Positions 12,437 through 25,080 of a stretch of DNA of 64,000 nt are shown in pieces (position 1 is the stretch's first letter; each line of letters begins with the position of its first letter). The notes beneath the pieces were generated by a model. The model saw only the letters and a list, made by a program, of their open reading frames with translations. It was not told the DNA's origin and searched no databases. The DNA comes from Somniosus microcephalus (taxonomy: Eukaryota): NCBI GenBank assembly GCA_052327205.1, contig CM126209.1:149482001-149546000 (forward strand), written 5' to 3'. Both the position numbers and the translations under genes were made by a program.

Positions 12437-14650
12437 AACATAGAAACATAGAAGATAGGAGCAGGAGCCGGCCATTCGGCCCTTCGAGCCTGCTCCGCCA
12501 TTCAATGAGATCATGGCTGATCATCCAAATTCAGCACCCGGTCCCTGCCTTCTCCCCATATCCCTTCAGCCTCAAGAAATATATCCAACTCTTTCTTGAA
12601 TATATTTAATGAACTGGCCTCCACCGCCCTCTGTGGCAGAGAATTCCACAGGTTCACCACTCTCTGGGTGAAGAAATTCCTCTTCATTTCAGCCCTAAAT
12701 GGCTTACCCCTTATCCTTAGACTATGACCCCTGGTTCTGGATTCCCCGGCCATCCGAAACATCCTGCATCTAGTCTGTCCAGACCTGACAGAATTTTATA
12801 GGTTTCAATGAGATCCCCTCTCAATCTTCTGAACTCCAGTGAGTATAAGCCCAATCGGCACAATCTCTCCTCATATGTCATTCCTGCCATCCCAGGTATC
12901 AGCCTGGTGAATCTTCGCTGCACTCCCTCCATGGCAAGAACGTCCTTCCTCAGGTAAGGTGACCAAACTGCACACAATACTCAAGGTGCGGTCTCACCAA
13001 GGCCCTGTACAACTGTAGCAAGACATCCTTGTTCCTGTACTTGAATCCTCTTGCTACGAAGGCCAACATACCATTTGCCGCCTTAACCGCCTGCTGCACC
13101 TGCATGCTTACCTTCAGCGACTGGTGCACAATAACACCCAGGTCTCTTTGCACTTCCCCTTCTCCCAATCTATTGCCAGTGAAATAATAATCTGCCTTCC
13201 TGTTTTTGCCACCAAAGTGGATAACCTCACATTTATCCACATTATAGTACATTTGCCATGTTTCTGCCCAATCACCCAACCTGTCCAAACCGTACTGGAG
13301 TTTCACGACATCCTCCTCACAGCTTACCCTCCCACCCAGCTTTGTGTCATCTGCAAATTTGCAGATATTACATCCAATTCCCTCATCCAGATCATTAATA
13401 TATATTGTGAACAGTTGGGGTCCTAGGACCGATCCTTGCGGTACCCCACTAATCACTGCCTGCCACTCGGAAAATGACCCGTTTATTCCAACTCTTCGCT
13501 TTCTGTCTGCCAACCAGTTCTCTATCCAAGTCAATACCGTGCCTCCAATCCCATGTGCCTTAATTTTGCACGCTAATCTCTTATGTGGGACCTTATCGAA
13601 AGCCTTCTGAAAGTCCAAATACACCACATCCACTGGTTCTCCCTTATCTATTTTACCAGTTACATCCTCAAAAAATTCCAGTAGATTAGTCAAGCATGAT
13701 TTACCTTTTGTAAATCCATGTTGACTTTGTCCGATCCTGTCACTGCTTTCCAAGTGCTCTGCTACTACATCTTTTAAAATAGACTCTAGCATTTCCCCCA
13801 CTACCGATGTCAGGCTTACTGGTCTATAATTCCCCGATTTTTCTCTACCACCTTTTTTGAATAGTGGGGTAACATTAGCTACCCTCCAATCCATGGGTAC
13901 CGTTCCAGAGTCTATCAAGTTCTGGAAGATGACCAGCAATGCATCTACTATCTCTAGGGCCACTTCCTTAAGTACCCTGGGATGTAGACCATTAGGCCCT
14001 GGGGATTTATTGGCCTTCAGTCCCATCAATTTTCCTAACACCATTTCCCTACAAATACTGATTTCTTTCAGTTCCTCCCTTTCATCAGACCCTATGTTCC
14101 CCGACATCTCAGGGAGGTTATTTGTGTCCTCCTTTGTGAAGACAGAACTAAAGTATGTATTTAGTTGGTCTGCCATTTCCTTGTTTCCCATTATAGATTC
14201 CCCTGATTCTGACTGTAAGGGACCTATGCTTGACTTCACTAATCTTTTTCTCTTCACATATCTATAAAAGCTTTTACAGTCAGTTTTTATGTTCCCTGAT
14301 AGCTTGCTCTCATATTCTATTTTCCCTTTCTTAATTAATCCCTTTGTCCTCGTTTGTTGACTCCTAAACTGCTCCCAATCCTCATGATTATTGCTTTTTC
14401 TAGCCAATTTATATGTCCTCTCCTTGGATCTTATGCTATCCCTAATTTCCCTTGTTAGCCACGGTTGAGTCACCTTTTTTGTTTTATTTTTATGCCAAAC
14501 TGGGATGAACAAATTCTGTAGCTCATCCATTCGGTCTTTGAATGTTTGCCATTGCCTATCCACTGTCAACCCTTTGAGTGCCATTCCCCAATCAATCCTA
14601 CCTAACTCGCTCCTCAGACCATCGTAGTTTCCTTTATTTAAATTGAGGAT
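12437..14650 (-). mobile_element. 5'-truncated CR1 LINE
   Basis: 3' microsatellite (AACATAGA)n at 12437 on the + strand; RT ORF and frameshifted C-terminus. Confidence 0.93.
12950..14584 (-). CDS. CR1 ORF2 reverse transcriptase fragment (544 aa)
   Basis: [38 protein letters not shown] motifs. Confidence 0.9.
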   Translation of the reverse strand: MALKGLTVDRQWQTFKDRMDELQNLFIPVWHKNKTKKVTQPWLTREIRDSIRSKERTYKLARKSNNHEDWEQFRSQQTRTKGLIKKGKIEYESKLSGNIKTDCKSFYRYVKRKRLVKSSIGPLQSESGESIMGNKEMADQLNTYFSSVFTKEDTNNLPEMSGNIGSDEREELKEISICREMVLGKLMGLKANKSPGPNGLHPRVLKEVALEIVDALLVIFQNLIDSGTVPMDWRVANVTPLFKKGGREKSGNYRPVSLTSVVGEMLESILKDVVAEHLESSDRIGQSQHGFTKGKSCLTNLLEFFEDVTGKIDKGEPVDVVYLDFQKAFDKVPHKRLACKIKAHGIGGTVLTWIENWLADRKRRVGINGSFSEWQAVISGVPQGSVLGPQLFTIYINDLDEGIGCNICKFADDTKLGGRVSCEEDVVKLQYGLDRLGDWAETWQMYYNVDKCEVIHFGGKNRKADYYFTGNRLGEGEVQRDLGVIVHQSLKVSMQVQQAVKAANGMLAFVARGFKYRNKDVLLQLYRALVRPHLEYCVQFGHLT

Positions 14651-16234
14651 TCATAATTCTGTTATGAATTTAAGAGTTAAACTAGAGTACTTTCTGGGGT
14701 CATTATTGCAAGTTAGTTTCTGAAGCTTGGTTTGGCTTACATATTTCCCATAAGAAACATTGATTTTATTTACAAGAATGTAACAGGAATGTAACTCTCT
14801 GCAAGCCACAAAGAAAGACCTAAAAGAGACTACTGGATGAAACGTTTGCTGGGCTGCTGCTTTTAACAAGAAAAAATCTGAAGCTTGAAACAGTAAATTG
14901 TAGACCTTTCCTGTGCACTCACTGATCTCCTGCAGCTTTGCTTGTAATGTTTAGCTGTCAACCTTGCCTGCTTAAATATTCACCGTGGGAATCCAGGTAT
15001 GTAACTGCTTGTAATTTGCTTGGGTCAACTAGAGGTCAGTGAATTGATTGTACATTTCAGATTCCAAGTCTGGAAAACCCAGACTCTTCTTTTGAGTTTA
15101 CTTTAAAAAAAACAACAGCACAAATTTAAAACCAACAACACAAATTTATGAAGTCAATAGTTTTTCACATATTTACTTTGGTACTTGCAAAGGAATATGC
15201 TGGTTCGTCTGTGTGCTGTGCACACATTGGGCATGATCTCTGGGATTTGGCTGGGTTAGACAGTATTCATGGTCTTACAAATATAATGGTCTTTTTTTAG
15301 GGTTTGAGCATTGTCATTTGTGATGCACTAGGAGAGTTTTTTTTGCTTCTATCTGGCTTCCTTGGGTGGAATGTGTGGATTCCAGACTACCTGGTATTAC
15401 CAGAGTTCCAGGCGGAGTCCATAAATCGCCCTTTCTGACTGGTTTTTCAAATGTGGAGAGGATAGTGCCGAGCCACAGCGATTAAAATGCATCGTCTTGC
15501 TGATGGCAGTGGCAGTTACACTAGCCTGTATTGCAGGGGATATTCACTCTCTCTAGTGGCTAGCCTCAGCAGACATGCATATAGATCTGTAGGAATTGTG
15601 AAGCCTGTCATACTGTCTGTGGCCCTCGGGATTGTTATGAAAAACAGTGAAAGAGGATGGCGGGAACAGAAAGTGCAGCACTGTACTCCTCTGAAGCAAT
15701 CTCTCAGGAAGAGGTAGACCAGATGTGGGATGCAGTATGTTTGGTGCTGTATCATGAGCTGGCTCTTGCACATTCTGCTTTAGGTAGTAGTTGTGGGAAC
15801 CTGCTTCTGTACTAATCTCTCTTCCCCTCATAACTGTCGGCCTAGATCTCGCTTGTCTAAGGCTTTCTGTGTTGTCTTGGATAAACATGATGCATACAAA
15901 TCGCCATCCTCTATCAATTTGTCAGGGATTGGGGTATGCGGGGAGGTGGTTGCAGTTTTTCAAGTGCAACTGGGACTTGGAGGGGCGGTTTAATTTAAAG
16001 AAAAGAAACTAGATCGAAGGCAGGGCTGCGATCGGACAAAAGAAGTGAAAGAAACAAAAGAAGTAAAAGAGCTAGACAAGATGGTAATAGGCTGAGATTA
16101 GGTGTAAAGTGTACTGGCAGGGCAAGAGATAGCTGCCAGGTGTAAGAGAGAAACAAAAGGAAAGCGGGGGGGGGGGGGGGGCGCGGGAAAGGAGTGGAAA
16201 AATTACAAGAAAAAATGTGTAATAGGGGCCGAGG

Positions 16235-17395
16235 TTATGATCTGAAATTGTTGAACTCGATATTGAGTCCGAAAGGCTGCAGAGTGCCTAATCGGAAGAT
16301 GAGGTGCTGTTCCTCGAGTTTACGTTGAGCTTCCGTGGAACAATACAAGAGGCCAAGGACGGTGAGGTCCAAGTGGGAATGGAGCGGTGAATTAAAATGA
16401 CAGGCGACCGGAAGCTCGGGGTCACCCTTACGGACTGAACGGAGGTGTTCCGCATAGCGGTCACCCAATCTGGGTTTGGTCTCCCCAATGTAGAGGAGAC
16501 TGCATCGTGAGCAGCGAATACAGTATACTAGATTGCGAGAAGTACAAGTAAATCGCTGTTTCACCTGGAAGGGGTGTTTGGGGCCCTGGACAGTGGGAAG
16601 GGGGGAGGTATAGGGGCAGGTGTTACATCTCCGCTTGCACCGGAAGGTGCCAGGTGAAGGGGAAGGGCTGTTAGGGGTGATCAAGGAGTGGACTAGGGTG
16701 TCTCGGAGGGAGCGGTCCCTACGGAATGCTGAAAGGGGAGGGGAGGGGAAGATACGTTTGGTGGTGGGATCACTTTGGAGGTAGCGGAAATGCTGGAGGA
16801 TGATCCGTTGAATGTGGAGGCTGGTGGGGTGAAAGGTGAGGACAAGGGGAACTCTATTGTGGTTCCGGGAGGCAGGGGCAGGGGTGAGGGCAGAAGTGCG
16901 GGAGATAGAATGGACACGGTCGAGGGCAGTGTCAACCACGGTAGAGGGGAATCCTCGGTTGCAGAAAAAGGAAGACATGTCTGAAGCACTGGTGTGGAAG
17001 GTGGCATTGTCGGAGTAGATACGGCGGAGACGGAGAAACTGGGAGAATGGAATAGAGTCCTTACAGGAAGCGGGGTGGGAGGAAATGTAGTCCAGGTAGC
17101 TGTGGGAGTCAGTGGGCTTGTAGTGAATATTGGTCGATAACCTATCCCCAGAGATGGAGACGGAGGAGTCGAGGAAGGGAAGGGAAGCGTCAGAGATGGA
17201 CCATGTGAAGGTGGGGGAAGGGTGGAAATTGGAGGCAAAGTGAATGAAATTGTCAAGTTCGGGGCGAGAGCAGGAAATGGCACCGATACAGTCATCAATG
17301 TATTGGAAAAAGAGGTGAGGGAGGGGACCCGAGTTGGACTGGAACAAAGATTGTTCCACATAGCCCACGAAAAGGCAGGCATAGCTAGGACCCAT
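16235..17395 (-). CDS. Penelope-like RT C-terminal half plus GIY-YIG endonuclease (386 aa, 5'-truncated)
   Basis: FQYIDD, LPFLD, YKPT, CxxC linker, VYCIRCSRCSLLYIGET (GIY-YIG), LGTLQPFGLN terminus. Confidence 0.92.
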   Translation of the reverse strand: MGPSYACLFVGYVEQSLFQSNSGPLPHLFFQYIDDCIGAISCSRPELDNFIHFASNFHPSPTFTWSISDASLPFLDSSVSISGDRLSTNIHYKPTDSHSYLDYISSHPASCKDSIPFSQFLRLRRIYSDNATFHTSASDMSSFFCNRGFPSTVVDTALDRVHSISRTSALTPAPASRNHNRVPLVLTFHPTSLHIQRIILQHFRYLQSDPTTKRIFPSPPLSAFRRDRSLRDTLVHSLITPNSPSPSPGTFRCKRRCNTCPYTSPLPTVQGPKHPFQVKQRFTCTSRNLVYCIRCSRCSLLYIGETKPRLGDRYAEHLRSVRKGDPELPVACHFNSPLHSHLDLTVLGLLYCSTEAQRKLEEQHLIFRLGTLQPFGLNIEFNNFRS

Positions 17396-17512
17396 GCGGG
17401 TCTACCTAATCTCAGCCTATTACCATCTCGTCTAGCTCTTTTACTTCTTTTGTTTCTTTCACTTCTTTTGTCCGATCGCAACCCTGCCTTTGATTTAGTT
17501 TCTTTTCTTTCC

Positions 17513-17547
17513 AGTTTTGAAGAAGGGTTCGACCCGAAACGTGAACT
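17513..17547 (+). ncRNA. Degenerate minimal type I hammerhead ribozyme-like motif
   Basis: AGTT-TTGAAGA-A-GGGT/tcg/ACCC-GAAAC-GT-G-AACT; C3 and cleavage-site base are non-canonical. Confidence 0.6.
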
Positions 17548-17924
17548 CAAAATTCTCTCCACGGATGTTGCCTGACCTGCTGAGTTTTTCCAGCATTTTC
17601 TGTTGTTTTCTCAAAATAAAATCTTGTGCTGCAATGCTCTGCCACTTTGCAAAGACAGGGAACAGATCTTGTGGAGCACAGGATCAATCTCAGCCAAAGA
17701 AAATTTTAAGGAATGAGGCTTTATATCTTATCCTGGGCACATTACCAAAACTTAGATATTGGGGTCAGTGAAAATCATCTTGAGGCCATTAAGAACTAAC
17801 GGAAGTTGAAATTCCAATAAGGGCACAAAAGGTCCATAGACATGATGCAGTGTCCTGATCTACTCTCTGAAGTATAGAGGGATGCCCATGAGGGGTTGGA
17901 CAAACTCAATTAATAAGTAGAGTA

Positions 17925-18145
17925 GGAGCTATTGTCCTGGCCAATATTTATCCCTCAATCAACGTAACAAAAACAGATTATCTGGTCATTGCTGTTTGTG
18001 GGAGCTTGCTGTGTGCAAATTGGCTGCCACATTTCCTACATTACAACAGTGGCTACACTTCAAAAAATACTTCATTGGCTGTAAAGCACTTTGAGACATC
18101 TGGTGGTTGTGAAAGGCGCTATATAAATGCAAGTCTTTCTTTCTC
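17925..18145 (+). mobile_element. SINE 3' part (DeuSINE/SacSINE1-like) with L2-type tail
   Basis: cattgctgtttgtgggagcttgctgtg...cattggctgtaaagcac...aggcgctatataaatgcaag(tctt)n; family recognised from memory, not by alignment. Confidence 0.6.
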
Positions 18146-20069
18146 TTAGTCCTTTCGGTGGGTGGGGGGTGGAAGAGAGACATGTTAAAATTGTTCAAAG
18201 CACTTCTGAGTGAGTAGGGAGCATGCTCAGCTTCCTAGGCATGAGGGTCCCTGGTTGCCTAGTGGGACAGCAGGTCAGATTTGGTCGAAGTCACTGGACA
18301 TGCTGGCTCGATCCAAGTTTCACTAACCGTGCTCACTTCTGACTACAGGGCTTCCATTTTGGGTTGTATTGGGGAAGTGCAGTTGGAGCTAGCAGGTAGG
18401 ATTAGTGTTTCGATCAGTACTGCTGACATTGCTGGGGATTCAGCTGGTATTTTGTGTAGGAGGGTTGGGACATTCAAAGCTCACATCAGCTGTCGTGGCA
18501 TTTGCTGATTTAGTTGGATTACATTGTGGGCTGATTGAGGCAGCTGCAAAAAGCTTACATGGGCATGTGGCTGGGGTTCTTGTGTGGGGGTGGGGCAGGG
18601 AAATTATGCATTCAGGGCTGTTGAGCTTTGGAAGCAATTATCTGCCTTCTAGCAGCTTGTTCATACAGGGGAATCTGTCTTTATTTTTCCAATTTTCTCA
18701 ACTCCATGGGGGATTTAAAACAGAAATTGGCATTGGCTCTGGAGGTCTTACTGACTAGATTATGACATTAGCAGAAGTTTTTTTAAATATAAAATTGCTT
18801 TGCATCTGTAACAGAGAATGACAAATGTAGACTAGATGCAAGATTTATATACAAGAATTATTGTGATTTATCGTGTTTACCTAACATCTGTTACTCTAGA
18901 TTATATGATTCCAACAAATTGGAATAATTGCTTTAGTCTCTCTTCCACAAAACTGATTTAGCAAGCAATTTTTTTTGTCGATCTATCTATGTAAATATAT
19001 ATAATATCTATGTAAATTACAATAAGCAATATACCATGATCAGGGTTAATTTTACATCCAGGTTATGTTAGTTCAACAAAGCAGAAAATGGAAGATGCCG
19101 ATTTCTGATTGTAAGGGGCATGGTCTATTTATGAAAACTATTGTCAGATAGTGTGAGTGGGAAAACAATGTTAAAGCCTGACCTGTGTCGTGTGCAACCA
19201 CTTGCTATGTTATTTGGAACATTTATATTTCTGTTTTATGTTGTGTGCCATCCTAAATTCTGATAGTTATAACACTTTACAAAATTATTAAACATGCTAT
19301 TAAAATATTTAGATGTAGTTGAGAAATGAATTTACTTTTGGCATCTGAGAAATTTATTGAGTGTTAGTGATGGGAGAGATGTTTTAACACTTAGTTTATT
19401 AGTGTAGTTAGCTATAATAGTTGCATTTATATAGTGTCTTGTACACAAACATCTGAAAGTGTTTTACACAGTGAATTATGTTTTAAAGTGCAATGACTTG
19501 CTGCTAACTTAAGTTTGAGCGAATGCATTTCTGTTCTGTTTGTTTGCTTAATTTACATGCCAAAGCCAGTGAGTCAACATAAACATACACCTGTGGTATC
19601 AAACCTTTTTGTTATTGTATACACATCTGAGAAATCTTTCCACTCATATACCTCTCTTAATATGAAACTTCTCCCCTCTCTTAATATGAAACTTCTCCCC
19701 TATCGGCTAATAAACCTGTTGACCGATAACTTTTAAATTTTGACGAGAACAAACCTGTTGCCTGATCACTTAAATTTTGACGAGATTTATAATTCGAAAG
19801 CAATTTTGAAGATCAGCCAAGTTATTTTTATGAAACTACATGAAATTAAAATGCAGTGATTGACTTGAGCTGGCTCCCAAATGGCTACAAAATCCAAAGT
19901 TCGCAATCCCATGATGGCCCACAGGCAGTTGTCAACCCAAAAGTGGGCAATGTGGCGTGCTCCACTGTTTGGCTGCGCATGTCCGCAGCATAGTTGAACA
20001 GCTAAGTAGTATCGAGAGGTGGCCCTTGCATTAAGCGGCAAATTAACTTTTTTAGACATTCTTTTAACA

Positions 20070-20370
20070 TGCACTTCAGCTGCCTAGGACCAACGTTCTG
20101 ACATTCCCCCACTAAGCTTCCCCAACTCCCTCTCCTCCTTTCAGATCCTCCTTGAAACCCACTTCTTGGACCAAGCTTTTGGTAACTCTTCCTAATATCT
20201 CTTCCTTTTGGCTCAGCATCCACTTTTCCATTGTTTCATTGCTGTTTGCGGGATCCTGCTGCCATGTTTGCCTATAAAACAAGGGACCCCCCATTAGAAG
20301 TCATTCATTGGTTGTAAAGCACTTCAGGACCTTTTGACGACATGGGAAAGTTCTGTGAAAACATTTGCAC
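20070..20370 (+). mobile_element. L2 LINE 3' fragment joined to a SINE-type tail
   Basis: Degenerate F..LLKTHLFDQAF-type L2 end, then a tail similar to 17985-18100. Confidence 0.55.
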
Positions 20371-20859
20371 TCTCACTTAAGTTATTTTGCTCCCTATTAT
20401 TATTTTAATATTATTCAAAAGAATCCCCAGCAAAAATGTGTATAGAATAACCTATTTGCAGGCATTCACTCCAGTAGGATTGAATCCTAGCCTTAGATTA
20501 TCATCAAACTTTCTCTGCAGCATTGTAATCAAACCAGCAAGATGACGAGCACTTACTGAAGAGTTTGTTTCAGACTATAGTGCACCGAGGGGGTTTGATG
20601 CAATGAGCTGAGTCAGCAGCAGAAGTGTCTGGGACCCCAAAATAATACAGCCTAGGGACACTTTGCTGTGCACTTTTCAGTCTACATAATAGACTAAAAA
20701 CAGGGAGTCTGCAGCAACCTCTGTGTGATTGTCCTAGAATGTCATTATGTTGTGGCTTTGTCAGGCAACTCATTGAGGAATTAAACAGTTTGTAATTTGA
20801 TGCTATTGTATGCAGTGCCTTGTAGATATTCCCCTTTTTTTTAATCCACACTTTTTGTT

Positions 20860-21247
20860 TGGCCCCTTTTTTCTTCCCTCCCACATGGCAGCTGTCCTTC
20901 ATTCTGCCAGCACAATTCACAATTCATCTAGAGCCACCCTTTGTTCCTTAACCTGTCCCATTACCACCTCTTCTTGCCTTGAATATCTCTTAATGTCTCT
21001 CAATGTCTCTTAATCGCTGCTGCTTTCTATCCTATCACCGACCTTCTCTTTTGTTCTTTCATCCCCTCCCCCTTTTCCCAGCCCCTAAACTTGCTTTCCA
21101 TTTCCTGCTTTTTTTTCCCAGTTCTGACGAAAGGTCTTCGATCTGAAACTCTGTGTCTCTTTCCATGGATGGCTGCCTGGCCTGCTGAGTTTTTCCAGCG
21201 TTTTCTGTTGTTGTTTTGGATTTCCAGCATCCGCAGTATTTTGCCTT
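20860..21247 (+). mobile_element. Penelope-like 3' tail fragment with hammerhead core
   Basis: AGTT-CTGACGA-A-AGGTC/ttc/GATCT-GAAAC at 21120-21149, followed by the same gctgcctg.cctgctgagtttttccagc tail as 17570-17605. Left boundary approximate. Confidence 0.7.
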
Positions 21248-21307
21248 GTAGATAATGCAATTGTATGCAGGACACTAACTAGTAACATGTAACTACTAAC
21301 TAGTAAC

Positions 21308-21436
21308 ATGCCCGATATGAGACTCCCAAAACAAGCGCTCTACTCGGAGTTCTGACATGGCAAGAGAGCCCCAGGTGGGCAGAGGAAACGCTTCAAGGAC
21401 ACCCTCAAAGCCTCCTTGGAAAAATTGCAACATCCC
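21308..21436 (+). mobile_element. RTE-clade LINE 3' fragment, left part
   Basis: Translates MPDMRLPKQALYSE..HGKRAPGGQRKRFKDTLKASL; continues at 25730. Confidence 0.8.
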
Positions 21437-21727
21437 TGTAAAGTCCACGCCTCAATAATACACGGACTTCGGGAGAACAGTTTAACAGGTACTTTACTGA
21501 ACAAGAGGCAGCTTGAAACTGAAACTACAGAAGCCTGCTAGGGCCTTTTATACAGGGGTGGTCACTGCCGGTACTGCAGTCCAAGACCAGTTATTCCCTT
21601 AAAGGGACATACACAACAATTCCTCCCCTTTTAGATAAACAGTACATAACATTCATTTAACAACTAAATAATAACTAATTACAATTACAATTTTCTCAGT
21701 AATATATACATCAACTGGAATAGTCAT

Positions 21728-24700
21728 TTATAAGTTCAGTCTTTGAGGAGGCTTCCTGATCCGGACTGGATAGCGCCTTTCTCGAGTATCCTGTTCTGGC
21801 GGTGGAGTCAATTCTGGCTCATTGTCATTGGTTGGTTCGTCAGCTTCCAATACCCCTGCTTCTGAGGTAGATGCAATCTGTACTTCGGGCTCATTACCAG
21901 GTGCACATGCTTGTGGTACAGGTTTGGCTTGTTCCTGTGACTCTAGAATCTGGTCAGCATGGCGTCTCACGATGCTCTCTCCAACGTCCACGGTGTACAT
22001 TAGTGGTCCCTGCTGTGTGCATATCGTGCCTGGCTGCCATTTTTCTGTTCGGTAGTCGCGGGCCAAGGCTGGTTGCCCTATCTTGAAGCTCCTGGTTGGC
22101 TTCTCATTTATGTGCTGGAACTGCTTATCCTCAACAATCTCGTCTTATGTTTGGTTTGAGCAAATCCAAGCGACATCTTAGTCTCCAGTTAAAAAACAGT
22201 ACGGCTGGAGTTTGTTTGGTTACTGCATGTGTTGCATTCCGGTAAGCAAACAGGAAGTTATCCACCTTGTGTTGCAGTGGTATGTCGTCATTATACATTG
22301 CCTTTATGGCCTTTTTAAAGGTCTGAACAAACCTCTCAGCCAATCCATTTGTGGCTGGATGATATGGGGCAGATGTGTAATGTTTCACCCCATTATTCTT
22401 CAGGAACCTCCGGAAATCCTCAGACACAAACTGTGGGCCATTGTCGGAACAGATCTGTTCTGGCAACCCAATCCTGGCGAAGATGGTTCTTAGGACTGCA
22501 ATAGTTTTCTCCGTGGTGGTGGAGGACATTTTAATGGCCTCTGGCCATTTCGAATGGGCGTCCACAGCGATTAGAAACATTGAGTCCATAAATGGACCAG
22601 CGAAATCAATGTGTACCCGTTGCCATGGAGATGTGGGCCACTCCCATGGATGTCACGGGGCGTGTGGTGGAGCGTTTTGGACCTTCTGGCATCCTGTGCA
22701 TCTCTTGGTCATATCCTCAATTTCTTTATCGATTCCCGGCCACCACACAAACGCCCTGGCTAGGCTCTTCATTTTTACCCCTCCCAGATGACCCTCGTGA
22801 AGCTCATTGAGCACTCTATCTCTCAACTTGGGTGGAATTACCACTCGGGATCCACACATCAAGGTTCCCCGGCACACTGACAGCTGTTCCCTCCTTGGCG
22901 AGAATGCTGGCAACAGTGAGTCGGCATATGCTGGCCATCCCTTCACCGTCAAATCATAGACCCGAGAGAGTGTCTGGTCATTTCGGGTTTCCTTCTCAAT
23001 ACTTGCGTTTGTAACAGGCAAACATTCGACTATAGTCGCATGGAATATCTCCACAGGGTACTCTATGCCATACTGATGTGCCCCTAGAAAAAGTGACCAT
23101 CTTTGCAGCCGTTGCGCCGTCATCACCGGAACGCCCTTCTTTGGGTTAAAAATTGAGACCAGGGGTTGATGATCAGTCAGTAGGGTGAATTTCTGCCCGT
23201 GCAGATAGTGATTGAACTTCTTCAACCCCCACACCAGGCTGTCAACCTGGGCGTAGTTACGCTCGGCTGAGGTTAGCGAGCGCGATGCAAAGGCTATTGG
23301 CCTCTCTGAACCGTCACGGAATTTGTGTGACAGCACCGCTCCAATGCCGTAAGGTGACGCATCACATGCCAACCGAATCGGTAGTGTTGGGTTGTAGTGG
23401 GCCAATACTTCTTTTGAAGTGATTTGGCATTTACATTCCTGAAAGGCATGCTTACACTCATCACTCCATTTCCATGTTACACCAGTTTGAAGGAGGGCGT
23501 TCAGTGGGTGCAGAATTGTAGATAAATTCGGCAAGAACTTATGGTAGTAGTTCACCAACCCGAGGAACGACCTCAGTTGCGACACATTTTCTGGTGCTGG
23601 AGCCTTGACTACAGCCTCAATCTTGTCCGGCGACTTATGCAACCCTTCCTCATCAATCATGTGGCCACAATACGAGATTTGTCTCCTGAAGAACTCGCAT
23701 TTGGGGCGGTTGGCTCATAGCCCATATTCCTGCAATCTCGTGAGCACCTGATCCAGGTTCGCAAGGTGTTCATTGTCATTTTCGCCCATAACCAGGATGT
23801 TGTCCAAATAACACTGGGCCCCCGGGATCCCTTGCAGGACTTGTTCCATTGCCCTCTGCCACATAGCCGGGGCCGATGCTACCCCAAATACCAGTCGATT
23901 GTACTAGTAAAGGCCTTTGTGAGTGTTTATCGTGAGGTATTTCCTAGATGCTTCTTCCACCTCCATTTGTAGATACGCTTGAGCCAGGTCAATCTTTGTA
24001 AAACGTTTCCCTCCAGATAGCGAGGCGAAAATATCTTCTATCCGCAGAAGCGGATACTGTACTGTGTGCAGGACTGGGTTCACAGTCACCTTGAAGTCCC
24101 CACAGATGCGAACCTTCCTTGGCTCCCCAGGCGTGCTGCTCAATGCTTTCTTCATTACAGGAACGACGGGTGTCGCCCACTCGCTCCAGTCCACCTTAGA
24201 CGGCACCCCCGAACGCTCCAGACTCTCCAGTTCAGCTTCCACAGCTGGGCGTATCACGTATGGCACCGGTCTGGCCTTGAAAAATTTTGGGGTTGCGTTA
24301 TCCTCAATCTTTATGGTTGCCTTTACTCCTTTTAGAGTCCCAAGTCCTTGTTGGGACACCTCTTCCGCGTCAGATAGAATTTGTGACAGATGTCCAGGTG
24401 CGACGTCATCATCTTTTTTGTCAGTCAGTTAGTGCCAGAATGGAATGCCAATCCAATTGTAGTCTTCGGATCCATTCACATCCCAATAATGGTGGTCCTC
24501 CATCTCTTAGTATATACATGTATAGTTTCTGTGTTTCCTTTCCGTTATATTCAACTGGCACCCTTATTTTTCCTCTGGGGTAGACCTTTTGCCCCGTGTA
24601 TGTCTTCAATACAATGGACGTGTCCTTTAAGGGTATGTGTGAGAAAAGCCGCTCATAGTCTCGTCGATTCATGACAGTTAGGGCTGATCCTGTGTCCAAT

Positions 24701-25080
24701 TCCATCTTCACTGGGGACCCTGCTATCATGAGGGTGACCCAAATGGTTCGGTGATCTTCTTTTGCGATCACGTTGTGTAACTTTAAACAACTTAGTCGCC
24801 TGCTCCCGGAGTCCTTATCACACTCCTGATCTTCTGAACTACTATCTGTCAGTTTCTTTACTTTCCTGTACTGTTCCTTAGTAGTTCTTGTCGTGTTGGT
24901 CTTCTTTCCCGACCTGCAGACTCTTGCTATATGTCCCATTTTCCCGCATTGCCTGCATATTTTGTCTTTAACCCAGCAGTCCTTCTGCTCATGGGTTGTT
25001 CTGCCGCAGCAATAGCACTTTTTGGCTCCATACGCCATTTCGTTAGCGCTGTATTCTTGTGGTTTCTGTTGCATTTCCAC
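21728..25080 (-). pseudogene. Disrupted gag-pol of the Mag-like element
   Basis: Two Cys/His knuckles, MELDTGSA protease, IDLAQAYLQ RT, CDASPYGIG RNase H, VDAHSKWPE / SDNGPQF / NGLAER integrase; stops and frameshifts. Confidence 0.9.

Larger units (their letters stand above)
15997..17610 (-). mobile_element. Penelope-like element with inverted 3' segment
   Basis: RT/GIY-YIG ORF on the minus strand; 15997-16103 is repeated in inverted form at 17404-17510, followed by a hammerhead-like motif and tail on +. Confidence 0.88.

Noticed and set aside
13857-14267. Recurrent 136-aa antisense ORF (also 49087-49497 and 55993-56403)
   Set aside because: Repeats only because the three CR1 copies are close relatives; starts at a non-ATG codon and has no independent support.
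15487-15717. Possible host exon or short ORFs in unique sequence (also the acceptor-like site near 28275)
   Set aside because: No recognisable protein similarity or consistent splice frame; not supportable from sequence alone.
23799-23810. YLDN in the Mag-like element as a second natural variant
   Set aside because: Single decayed copy; GAC GAC to GAC AAC is a simple CpG transition, so it cannot be called ancestral.
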